Position numbers and translations under genes: made by a program. The notes below the pieces were generated by a model. That model saw only the letters and a list, made by a program, of their open reading frames with translations, was not told where the DNA came from and made no database searches. Source: Antedon mediterranea (lineage: Eukaryota; Animalia; Echinodermata). Taken from it: 64,000 bases of DNA. The DNA lies in assembly GCF_964355755.1 (NCBI RefSeq), contig NC_092670.1:31980388-32044387 (forward strand), given 5' to 3'. Each line of letters opens with the position of its first letter. The stretch's first letter is position 1. Shown piece after piece: positions 51,201-62,943 of this stretch.

Positions 51201-54200
51201 GTAGCATAGCATTACAATAGGCATTTGGAATGTGCGTTTCCAGGCCAGCAAAGTTTGTCTTGTTGTAGTGACGAAAGTCAAAATCTTCCACGCCAAGCTT
51301 AGAATATTTAATCTCAACCTTGCGGTAATGTTTTGGTATCATGAACATATTAGGATCCACGTCTGAAAAAAAATATCAAAAATATGTTCCTATTAAATGG
51401 TTTTTTTCCCCATAAGAATCAAACAGTGAGTAACTTGTCAATAACAGGATGGATAAACTATTTTATAATTTATATTAATAATCGGGCTTATAAACTAAGT
51501 TTCATTTGAGGCTTAGGGAGTGGAGTTGAAAGAGTCATGAGTTACAACCCTGGCATTAGGTCAGGATTGAACTCTGGAGCTTGGGATTACTGTAGAAGGA
51601 AAACACGTTATCCATCAAGCTACAACCAGATTAGACTTTGATATGCCTATAAATACAGTACTGTACCTCTTCCAATCGGTGAATCCGGTACCGGCATATT
51701 CCTTCCGGTACTCGGTTTGATACTTGAAACAACTTCCTTATACTGACACTGATTTCGTTTTAGTTTGCGTGTATTGGGGGCGTATCCGATGAACTGCACG
51801 ACACGCATACTGCGTAAGATATCAGGATCGACAGGCACTGCTTTTCTACAAACAAAAAATATTTATAAAAGTTTTTGCATTTTTTAATTAAACAATTTAT
51901 ATAATGCGATAAAACAACTATGAAAAGAATAGGCAGGATAGCGATAAAGACAATCTTAAAAATGTCATGTGTTTAAAAATTTGAAGCATTTGAAAATATT
52001 CTTGTACTAGAAATTTCTCTCACCTTGACACTGGAGTTAACAAGTCACTTGGCCAGTCTGAGAGCAACGTTGATTCACTATTAGGAGTGGGTATGGTTGA
52101 TAAAGGAGTGAATTCATCCATTATTCCAATAGGGTTCAAATGGTCCACCTAGTATACAAAATAAAAAATTCCATTATTCATTCATTCATATCTACATTTA
52201 TCCATCAGTTTTAAGATAATTTAAACATAAATTGATTAATCAGAACAACAAAATAAATAAACTGTTGATAGGGCGGAGCCTTCTCTTGTGAGGATCCTAT
52301 GGACATAACAAACTGTTGATAGGGCGGAGCCTTCTCTTGTGAGGACCCTATGGACATAATAAACTGTTGATAGGGCGGAGCCTTCTCTTGTGAGGACCCT
52401 ATGGACATAATAAACTGTTGATAGGGCGGAGCCTTCTCTTGTGAGGACCCTATGGACATAATAAACTGTTGATAGGGCGGAGCCTTCTCTTGTGAGGACC
52501 CTATGGACATAATAAACTGTTGATAGGGCGGAGCCTTCTCTTGTGAGGACCCTATGGACATAATAAACTGTTGATAGGGCGGAGCCTTCTCTTGTGAGGA
52601 CCCTATGGACATAATAAACTGTTGATAGGGCGGAGCCTTCTCTTGTGAGGACCCTATGGACATAACAAACGAAAAACTAAAAGGTAATGCCTAATTCAAA
52701 ATTGAAATGTGACCACATGGCTTAGCTTATAATAAGACATTTATGTATTATAATTTAAATGTATAATAAATGAACTGTCATAAAGAAATATTATTTAATA
52801 CAAAGTAAACAAATGATACAAAATAAAATGTAGAGTTGCAACCAAGCACAAATTACCTGTGGAGCAAACTCTGTTTCTTGAGAATAATCGTTAAATACCA
52901 CATCATCAGTCTCGCTCCATAAATGGACATAACCTGACAAAAAAATTGATTTAAATAAAGTATAGTATAGATGCAGTTATACACACCACAATGATAATGT
53001 AATGATTAAACCAGTTGAAAAGTATATTACATTAGCATTACTTATGATAAAACATTGTCCACTATTATGTTTCAGGAATATATTAGTCAGCAAAATGACT
53101 TCCTAACAGTTATACCTTCGTCATAGTGAACAGATGTAAGAAATAATCATCGATTTCTTCGATGCTAAGCAAATGATGATGATGCTTAAAAACGTCAGTT
53201 TGAACAGGGCCTATTTGACTCTGACAGGCAGAAGATATAGACGTGATAGTACCTACCTCCTGATTCCCCAAAAGCAATGCCCTGGAAATTGGTTGATACA
53301 TCAACTGCACTGATCATGTGACCTCCAGTATTGATTTGATATAGAAACATGCTCTCAGCTGTTACTAAGCCACCAGGATCAAGCAACTGGAATTGACCAC
53401 TCTAAAGCAATAAAAAAAAAACATTTGGCATCCATAAAATTGTTTTATTTTAATATTTTTTAAACATATGTTTTTAATTAGACCTAAATTGAGAAACAGA
53501 GTCCGTCAAATTTTAAAAATGTATCTACAATAGTTTGTGTTTAAATGACAATAAACAATCTTGCTATTAATACTACTACTGCACCAAAATATTAATAGAA
53601 ATAGAGGAAAATCACTCAGGCATGAGAAATTACATTTTTTTAAGCATTATCAAATAATATCTTAATTATTTATTTTGTGTACTAATTGCAATTTTTATTT
53701 TTTATTTAATCTGGAAATATTATCACCAAAATAATGGTATAACCTGATAAATTGATTAAAACAAGTTTAATTTTTAAATAAACAAGAAGTTTTACCTGTG
53801 AAATGACTGCCAATCTGTTTGAATAAGTCGGCACATATCTTAGAAAGACAGGTTCAATTGGAATCTGAAGAGGTGTGATTGGACGCATGACACGCAGATC
53901 GTAAACGATAAGCAGACGATCCAACGCCATTGTACCCAGTCTGAAAATATTCAATTGGTGATTCATTTAATATTGTAACTGTAATATCTCTATGATTTCA
54001 TTTTTCTTACACAAATAAATATGATTTTACATTGACCAGTCCCTAATAACATAGAGATATTAAAGTAACCTAAAAACAAATAACTGTAATATCTCTATGG
54101 TTTTGCAGTGACTGTATACCATAGCGATATTACATGTAACCCTAAAACAAATAACTGTCATATCTAGATGGTTTTACAGTGACCATAAAACCACAGAGAT

Positions 54201-57200
54201 AAAGTTAACCTTAAAACAAATAACTGTCATATCTAGATGGTTTTACAGTGACCATAAAACCATAGAGATATTACATGTAACCCTAAAACAAATAACTGTC
54301 ATATCTAGATGGTTTTACAGTGACCATAAAACCATAGAGATATTACATGTAACCCTAAAACAAATAACTGTCATATCTAGATGGTTTTACAGTGACCATA
54401 AAACCATAGAGTCATTACATGTAACCCTAAAACAAATAACTGTCATATCTAGATGGTTTTACAGTGACCATAAAACCATAGAGATATTACATGTAACCCT
54501 AAAACAAATAACTGTCATATCTAGATGGTTTTACAGTGACCATAAAACCATAGAGTTAATTCTATGTTACCGGGTTGTTAAATGTTTATCCTTGTTAATG
54601 TTATTTTGCCACCAGTGCTATCAGGAGAGTCTTTGATAGCGATATTTTTTGCTTTTTGACAATCCGCCAGGATAGTGTTCTGCGCTTTTTCTCTGCTTCT
54701 TGTTGTTCTATGTAATTTTTGCTTTTTGTATTGTTTTTGCTTTATATATTTTTTTTTCTGGATAATAAATGAATATGAATATGAATAATATGAATAGAGA
54801 TATTACATGTAACCCTAAAACAAATAACTGTCATATCTAGATGGTTTTACAGTGACCATAAAACCATAGAGATATTACATGTAACCCTAAAACAAATAAC
54901 TGTCATATCTAGATGGTTTTACAGTGACCATAAAACCATAGAGATAAAGTTAACCTTAAAACAAATAACTGTCATATCTAGATGGTTTTACAGTGACCAT
55001 AAAACCACAGAGATACAGTTAACTATAAAACAAATAACTGTAATATCTCTATGGATTTACAGTGACACCAAAGAGATATTACAGTTAACACTGAAACAAA
55101 TGTACTATATCTCTATGATTTTACAGTGACCCTATCAAACACATAACTGTTTTTTTACAGAATATGAGAAAATATATAGGCAGTGTACCTGTCAGTTAAA
55201 CCACATGTGACTAGCTGGTTGCCATGGACATCAAAGTCAGTGAGTCCACCCGACTGCGCATCAAGAGAATGTTGTATCTTCATAGTGGCTGGATCACGGA
55301 GGTTAACCTGCAGAAAACAGAAATATATAATAAATGAAGGCAGAACAGAACACTGGATACAGTGTTTTTTTCATGTATGGTCCCTCGCATGAAAGTGTCC
55401 CCTTAATCGGGACATTCACTAAATAGGGGTGTACTGTACTCAGTTCTACTGTATACCTACCTTTCCACTGCTATCTCCACAGCATAGGAAACGTTGACTT
55501 GTTCTTAAGACTGAAACCATTTCTTCCTCAATATCATACACTGTTTCATTCTCTCCTGTTGTCAGGTCCAACTTGATTAGTTTTTTGTTTTGTCCAGCCA
55601 TGACAAGACTAAAGGGGTCAAACAGCAACATTGACTGCATATTGTCCATTGTCGCATGTCTGAGAAATAAAATAATATAAACTAATGATGATTTTCATTT
55701 TATTTATTCAAATTCTCACTGAAATGTACAAACAAAAAAGAAAAAGACGGGTGGTAGACACCTCTAGAACGGTCCAATCCCAAAATGATTCTTAAACTTT
55801 CAGCCATGTTTTTTTTAGCAGGATATTCTTTGCAAAAGGGTAAAAATCGTTGAGCTGTTATAACCTATTTACCATGACTTCTCATTTCTAGTTTGAAAAG
55901 AGCACTTCAGGGCTTTCGTTTCGTGAACCTTCTATGGCTATGAACTTAGAGCTGTTTCCCAATACACAGGGTGTGTCCAGAAAGTGTAAAAGAGACAGGA
56001 TTATCAATGGTGAGACAACCCACCAAAATGTGGATACATGACCCTGTACAGTTTTTTGGTATTTAAGCCGACTCCTACCCCAACCCTTCCCACAATTCCT
56101 CTTCTCCAACCTCTACATTGTAGTTGGTTGAAATTGTCTCTTACTTGTAATCAAATATACGCATTCCCTGTCGTGAATTGCATCTCAAACTGTCTGCAGT
56201 AAGAGAAAGTACACCGCCATCAAAGGTAGCCATTGCAACAACAGGTTGCGTAGCATGTGTTTGGAATGATGTGTACTTCTGCAAGTGTGACCCATAGTAA
56301 GACGTCACATGTCCCTATTAAATAAAACATTATCGACACTTTTTTTAATTAGCATAACAATAACAAGTTTACTAAATGGACATAATTTGAAAATTTAATG
56401 AATTTACTTTTTAATAAGGGTAATGCACTTGCCAATTGAATGACCCACTATACAACACCTGGGAGAGGATGCGTATGATAGACACTGAAAGTCCAACATA
56501 AAATATGGGGTAAAGCTCTGCCTTCACTATAAAAAATGTGATTTCCCCATATATTGACATGATGATGTCATTTCACTACTATATTTGGCACATCACACAT
56601 TTTTTGTCAAATTAGTTTGAGTTTGATAGTGTAGACAGAGCTTAAAGTTTTTTAGAAAAATGAAGATTGTTATCTCAAAATACCTGATGCGTTCCCATCC
56701 ATAACAGCTCTTCCTTCATATCAAAATGAACAGTAGATATGCCATAATGTTCACAGCTATCACCAAGCACACTGTGCACCTCATGGTATTCCCCATGTGT
56801 TGAAATAGGTTCTACAAAACAGATATACTGTATGTGAAGCAGATACCAAACCTAGCATTTAGAGATGCTATTGTAAATAATGCTTTTATTATATAAGTTT
56901 TGGTAATTCTTTATATTTTGTTTTGTCATGTTTTTCAATTGTTTCATATGTATTTTATTTGAATTGATCTCTTAATATCAGTCCTTTTTTAAATGAACTG
57001 CAAAGGTGATCTTCTCTAAAGATAGTTAATAAATTAAAGATAGTTAATAAATTAAATTTAGTGTGGCAATGAAAAAGATCATGGTAGTATTCTGCCTCAA
57101 ATTTGCTAATATGCGGCCAAAATGATCAAAAACCTTTTTTGCGAGTAATATTTATTACAACCGTGTAAAATAATTTATTTGTTGCTTCTGCTACATACGA

Positions 57201-57561
57201 AAAGATCATTCGTGGATGGAATATGTATAAGTGTCAATGCACTTTCAAAGTTTTCAAGACTGCTAATCTAGGCCTACTACCTTTAGAGTTAGAGTCAGGT
57301 TGAATCATGTTATTGATAATTAGTGAGAATCTTAACCTAATGCTCTATAAGATAACCTTATCTAGGTGCAAAAAATCTGCTAGGTGCAAGTGGAGTGTTC
57401 TCAGGTAGTGGAGTGCTGTCTGTAGCATTGTGCCTTCTGTACCTACCATTGACATATTCAACTTCTTGTCCAGGGTATTCCACTGGAATTGTTCCGTCGA
57501 CAGTAGCTAGATACTGTTGCTGATACTGCTCCACCCCATATCCTCCATGATTAAAATCCAT
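39246..57561 (-). CDS. PAN2: PAN2 poly(A) nuclease catalytic subunit (WD40, pseudo-UCH, DEDD exonuclease), about 1181 aa, 25 coding exons
   Basis: Exons 57561-57447, 56811-56684, 56314-56145, 55659-55461, 55307-55189, 53940-53796, 53401-53257, 52933-52857, 52148-52024, 51845-51667, 51362-51199, 49914-49786, 48685-48536, 48415-48214, 47610-47498, 47288-47190, 46546-46416, 45932-45839, 45509-45369, 42214-42064, 41560-41400, 40498-40355, 40025-39846, 39725-39632, 39436-39246; all in phase (3546 nt). Motifs: [77 protein letters not shown]. Confidence 0.97.
40750..40851. repeat. 51-bp direct tandem duplication
   Basis: ttctgtgtaaagtaaatatagtctggcct.ctgtacagaacaactatataa occurs twice in succession. 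Confidence 0.9.
42276..45044. mobile_element. Outer hAT-like non-autonomous element hosting the nested insertion
   Basis: TIRs cagtggcggatctag (42276) / ctagatccgcccctg (ends 45044); no clean target duplication seen; a related short element lies at ~45091-45267. Confidence 0.6.
42774..44971 (-). mobile_element. Non-autonomous hAT-like transposon with four internal ~300-320-bp tandem units, in PAN2 intron
   Basis: TIRs cagtggtggcgccag / ctggcgccacccctg; perfect 8-bp TSD cccccagc at 42766-42773 and 44972-44979; inverted homolog of 5970-7576. Confidence 0.88.
46795..46905 (+). mobile_element. L2/CR1-type 3' tail remnant (LINE or SINE)
   Basis: aatgcgccttgagc...gcgctataaaaat followed by (tta)n, resembling the conserved L2 3' stem-loop plus repeat tail. 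Confidence 0.5.
48942..49506. mobile_element. MITE with TIR ccccttt cacaccaaaa and internal ggtgtgaaagg / ctccggag repeats (Harbinger-like)
   Basis: taccccttt cacaccaaaa at the start and ttttggtgtgaaaggggta at the end; several subterminal motif copies. Confidence 0.8.
50132..50767. mobile_element. TTAA-flanked MITE (Kolobok-like)
   Basis: ttaa-agacaccttccctac ... gtagggaaggtgtct-ttttaa inverted termini. Confidence 0.7.
51500..51630 (-). mobile_element. Degenerate tRNA-derived SINE head
   Basis: Minus strand shows A-box-like tagcttgatgg and B-box-like gagttcaatcc at tRNA-like spacing; no proper cloverleaf. Confidence 0.35.
52256..52666. repeat. 51-bp minisatellite, 8 copies, in PAN2 intron
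   Basis: Near-identical units aaactgttgatagggcggagccttctcttgtgaggaccctatggacataat. Confidence 0.98.
53975..55140. repeat. 72-bp internally palindromic minisatellite interrupted by a ~240-bp insertion (54557-54795)
   Basis: ttacatgtaaccctaaaacaaataactg recurs at 54271, 54343, 54415 and onward; atatct.gatggtttt pairs with aaaaccatagagatat within each unit; the insert ends in aataaa plus (tgaata)n. Confidence 0.92.
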
Positions 57562-58156
57562 TTCAGATCAATCTCTATGACAATCAGATCAACCTGAGAT
57601 TAAAAGTATACACTTAGTTTTACCTGTGCAATATGAATGGCTACCATCTTACCTAGATGACATAATGTTTGGAAAATGTAGAGTATTACTGAAAATAACA
57701 TTTGGCATTCGCAAAGAAATTTGTTCTAAAACAATTTATACAGTAGCTATTTCCTTATGTCAATCAATAGTATGATGACCAACAGCGCATGCTCTTCCTC
57801 AATAGATCGTTATCTCAGGTGTTATTAATATTAATCCTCATAAGGATAGCAGTCTTCAAAGTTACATTTACGACTCATAAAATAAGGATAGCCACAGCGT
57901 TTAATTTTATGTATTGAAACTTATATATTTCATTTTCATCACTAAATCATACTTTTGAGGATTTAAAAAAAATGTTAAATAAACAATCAGCACAATGTGT
58001 CAATAAATGCACGTCAACTAGCCTAGGTAGTATGATTGCGTTGATACATGACGGCAAATGTTGATGCGATTATTAAAACATAAATTTTCAACATTTTTTT
58101 GAGAAAAAAGATTGCTCTAAAAAGTATAATTTACAAATTACACTTTATATTATTAC

Positions 58157-59141
58157 CTGGCTGCTGGCAGAGGGGAGATGGCCGGTAGGGCTTGGTTATA
58201 ATTTAATTCACTTGGGTTGATTAGTTATTAGTAGTCCCAGTTATATTATTTAGCCGGACGAAACGACTAGGTAAAACTGCCCATCGCCACACCACAAAAA
58301 GCCTAAACATCGCGCGCGGTACGTCGTAGTAGCCTAGGCTAGGCCTACCTTTTTTAAAGTTGGTATATTTTTGGTGTACTGCTAAGTTACAGAAACATAA
58401 GTTAATGCATTAAGTGCTACATTTAAGACATTCCAGAGTAACAATATTCATAGTTTACCAATTACCAGTCAAGCCTAGGCCTAGGTTAGATACATGTTTT
58501 CGTTTTTTTTCTGCTGAACCGAAAATTTTTTTTTCATTAACAGAATTTAACAAAACATTAGACAACGCCCTCAAACAGCATTGATTATTTTTAGTCTTTG
58601 TAAACAGACCACCAGGGGAAAAAATGTAAACAAAAAACAGGTTGCAAGAGTTAATTTAATAATTAAGATGTCGATAATGGGTACGTCGTAACGTGATTCA
58701 TACCGATGGTATTACTAAATGTATTATTGTTGTTTGTTTACCTTTACAATATTTATATACATAGTTAACGGTAACTAGGCCAGGCCTAAAGAGACTAGGC
58801 TAGCGCTAGGGCAGCAGACGGGGAGTGAGACACCTCCCAGCAGCGAGATTTTGTTTTGACGGCGGAAGCAAAGCAAGGTTATTGAACTTGTAGAGGAATG
58901 AATCTCCACGTTTCATACTACTACTACTACTACTACTACTACTCGCCAATTAATTACTGTAATGCAACAACAGTTCTACTAGGCCTAGTAGTACTGAACT
59001 TTTAAAACACAATCGTATGCGTAGCTCACTGAGACATAATATTCCTAACCATGTTGTTACTGTCTGTATAACAAAAGTGGATCTTTTCTCAGACTTTATT
59101 TTAAAACGAAACAATTTCTTAGCAAACAGGTAAAATAAAAT
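58157..59141. promoter_or_regulatory. Putative bidirectional promoter region between PAN2 and SEC22A
   Basis: Divergent genes with start codons 1.58 kb apart; candidate PAN2 non-coding exon donor cag|gtaat at 58157; CpG-rich patches at ~58240-58330 and ~58670-58870; (cta)n at ~58917-58943. Confidence 0.6.
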
Positions 59142-62100
59142 ATGGTTCTATATGCAATGATATCCAGACTGAGTGATGGTCTGCCACTCTCTGCAACAAC
59201 TGATCATGAACCAAACAGGAGTGTTTTAGAGAGCAAAAAATTTGCAAAAATTCTGTCTAAAAGAGCTTCACAATATCCAGACAGATGCTCCCTCTTTACG
59301 GGAAGCCACTGGTTGCAGTAAGTGCAAATCATTTCATTCAATAATCAAAATAATGTTACATGTACTTTGTCAAATAAAGGCATATTGCAAACCTTTTATT
59401 ACCTACAATATTACCATAATGCAATATTAATTAACCTTAATTTTCTATTGAGTTTCACTCAAAGGGCGACTTCCATTGAAATATTATTAATTGACGTATT
59501 CGATTATTGGGACTTTAACTTTGAGTATTGTTTTTCTTGAAGAAACGTTAATTTACTACACTATAAGGTTTTTCGTACTAAACTCCACACTCAAAATACT
59601 AAATATTTTAATACTCGTCCCAATCAAGATGATAGTGAGTGAATTGGGATCCAGTCAAGTCACCCCCAACACAAGTCGCCCATTGGCGGCTATCATTCAT
59701 GTTGAGGTCGATAGAATCCCTTATCTTTAGACTTTTGCGTCAATGAATTCCCAAAAAAACATCATCAGCTATGATTAGTTGGTGGTATAACTTATTCATT
59801 TATACCTCCATATTATAAATATTGAATGTGAACAATCAAACGTTATCAATTAACCAGCTTCCAGTATAAGCCATCTGCTTTACTTTGGATACAAAATACT
59901 CTACTCTGTAAAACATTTACATGTTTTTTTAAGTGTAATATCTCTGCTAAAAATGTAAATAATATTAAAACTCAAAAACAGAAAAACAACGTAATTTACA
60001 ATATTACACTCCACACCTACCGGCCTGCTATTTTGTTTGTTTTTGTTTTATGTTGCAGTAGAACCCCTCTTAAAACTCTGTCAACACTATCAAACTTGAT
60101 GATGTCATATCACTACCATATTTGGCCATATCACTACCATATTTGGCCATATCACTACCATATTTTGACACATAAGTTTGTACTTTTGATTCAACAGTTT
60201 CATATCAGCTCTCGGTGTCTGCTTTACCACAATGTGTGAAGAGAGTTATCCTACGGTGCTTGCATTTTGTTTTCTCAAAGAGTTACAAAATGAGTTCATT
60301 ACAACTTATGACGGAAAGAGAGTTGCGAATGCCCTTCGACCTTATGCATTAATTGAGTTTGGTAAGAATTGAACTTTCTTTAATCTAAAAATGCTACTTT
60401 ATAGGAATTGATGAATATATAGTGAAATGGAGTAATGAATCACATTACCAACCAATTAAGACATTCAACAAGACAAAAAAGGAATTAGGAGAATCATTTT
60501 TTGTTAGACATCTAACAACACATCTAAGAAGATGCTTGTCTTTTTTAGGATATGTGGGTCACATATTAACTAAATGTTCTATTGCACTCTTCATTTATAT
60601 CATCGAGAGTACATTATGCAAGTACTGCGATTGTCTTGGGCGTTCATTTTTTAAATTAGTGAGTAACCATACAATGCGATAAGAGCCTAGGCTGATGTAA
60701 CTTATAACATTCAATCTACCCGTAGTATTTGCAGTCTATAATTGTTCTACTCCATGAAAAAAAATTGGAGCGTTGATTGCCTAATTGTACAAACAAGAGT
60801 GTTGTCAATAATATTTAAATGAACTGTTGAATTTGCAGATAATTTTATACAGAAGACAAAAACAAGGTTTAACAACACACGAACATTATCTGCCAAGATT
60901 AATCTGACGGAGATGAACCTAGAGGTCAAACTAAGACCACCGTTTCAACTGACCCTAGATGATCTCGGGTTTCACAATCTCAAAAGTAGTAATGGATTTG
61001 CACCACAAGAAAACAATTTTCCAGTCGATTCATACAAACCAAATCAAGGTAGTGTATTCTGGGAAATCAAAACTATCGCGAACAACAATGTCAATTAGTT
61101 TAACATTCATTGATGAATGATGTTTCTATACGTTTTGATCCAAAAAAATGTTTTGTGAATCGCTTAGAAGCATGAGCAATAAAGTGCTATGTAAGAACGA
61201 ATATTATTTTACAGTACTCGTCCAAAAAGATGTACTGGGTGCCAACGAAGCAGCTATGGATTATGGTGTCTCTGCTCTAACCTCTTAGCTATTGACTTCC
61301 TCATTATTGAATTTCAATTAGTTCAGACAAATACATTTATGTTAATCATTTCAGGCCATAACAAACAGCTTATGAAGTTGGAGTGGACTGGAATGCTGTG
61401 TATATTCTTAAGTTTATTCTGTGCTCTGATCAACTTTGCACGGCTTGTCGCTTTAATCAACTATTTACCAACAATGCTAGATGTATGTATGCTTTTTTTT
61501 TTGCTACAGGACATGTTAATTTTTTACCGCTTCAATATATTCACATTTTAGGAGTCATAAAGTGTGGGGAGGGGGAGGGCATGTGATCTGGGCCCATTTC
61601 CTACTGCGCTGTTGATTTAGGCCATAGAAACAAATCAATAAAGCCAATCTACCGCTGGCAGCAAGTAATACTATTTTTTATTTTTGTGTTACCATGAATT
61701 ATCAGATTTCAACACTGGAATGTGCTAATGATGTCATGCTTCATTTGTTCCTTAAAGGTCAATTATCTGTAAACTGATTATCATTGTCAATTATAATTGA
61801 CCTTGGAACAAATTTAAGAAAAAGAATTGGTCATCCAAAATGATCAAAAGAAAAATAATTGTGACTTATAAATCTATTATATATTTCAATACAAAATGTT
61901 CATGTTTTATTTTTTTATTTAATTGATATTGAACAGGGTGAGTTCCATGATGGTTCTAAATATGGATCTCTCTTTTTGTTTTTACATTTTATATTCAATT
62001 CATTTATTTTCTTCCTTTAAGATTATTGAAACAATAATAGAAAAATAAAATAAATATATATACTGTACAGAAGGTAGAGATAATAAAAAGGAAGGAGGCA

Positions 62101-62943
62101 GTGGCCATATATTCACCATTCACACTTAGGCTGAGGGAAACACCCTTAAAATTAAACAAATCTAAATGAATACAATTTAAGGGAAATACTTAAATATTTA
62201 TTGAGTTAAGTGAACTACAGTACTTATTATTTAAGGGAAATATCTCACTTAGGTGTGATTGGTGAATACAGCCTCTGGATACCAGAGTCGGGTCTGCATG
62301 AGATACAGGGAATGACAATTGACAATAAAAAGAGAGTTTTAAATCTCCTGATAAAAACTACATCAAAAATATAGGGGAAATCTAATTCTTTTGTTAAGCA
62401 CATTGAGGTTTGGCTATAAGCCCCATTTATCTATATATTAATGAAGAAAATTTAAGGTTCATGGTACGCCATGTGTAATGTATGATGTACTGCAAACCTT
62501 ACTTTCTTCGGCATACAAAAGATTACTCCAGGTGTTTCAAATAATTTAAATCAATGTATGCTAATTAGCAACATTATGCACACAACCATTTTTGTTTCAA
62601 ACTTTAGGTACAGCTCTCCCACCCTTTTTCCACACCACTAAATGAATAATTTTCTACTGTTTTCCAGGATGATCCCAGAATCATGGCACCGTACATAATG
62701 ACATTCTGCCTCGCAGCTGTTGCCAACGTCTACCATTCATCACTGTTGATCTGGTTTGTGAGGTGGAGAGGATTCAAGAACATCCTGGCCTTCTTTATTC
62801 TCAGCAGTAGCAATATGTACCTGTACGTACACCACATGCGAGAACTTTGGATGATCATTTTTCATATTCTTGTTACAGTCTGTAGCACATTTGAGGTCTA
62901 CAATCGAAGGGTAAAGGTCAAGCTGTCAGACTATACAGTATGA
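59142..62943 (+). CDS. SEC22A: Vesicle-trafficking protein SEC22a/c-like (longin domain plus C-terminal transmembrane segments), about 317 aa
   Basis: Exons 59142-59317 ([25 protein letters not shown]), 60198-60361 ([25 protein letters not shown]), 60839-61048 ([19 protein letters not shown]), 61355-61482 ([12 protein letters not shown]), 62668-62943 (NMYLY..RELW..FH..DYTV*); all GT-AG and in phase. Confidence 0.93.

Noticed and set aside
51199-51260. Loss of the catalytic cysteine in the PAN2 UCH domain (NAYCN) as a novelty
   Set aside because: PAN2 is an established pseudo-deubiquitinase; this is the expected state.
52211-52663. 150-aa repeat ORF ([17 protein letters not shown])n as a PAN2 exon
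   Set aside because: The flanking PAN2 exons join in phase without it and it is a pure minisatellite.
60839-62943. Absence of a SNARE coiled coil in the SEC22 protein
   Set aside because: Normal for the SEC22a/c subfamily, and it supports that assignment over SEC22b.
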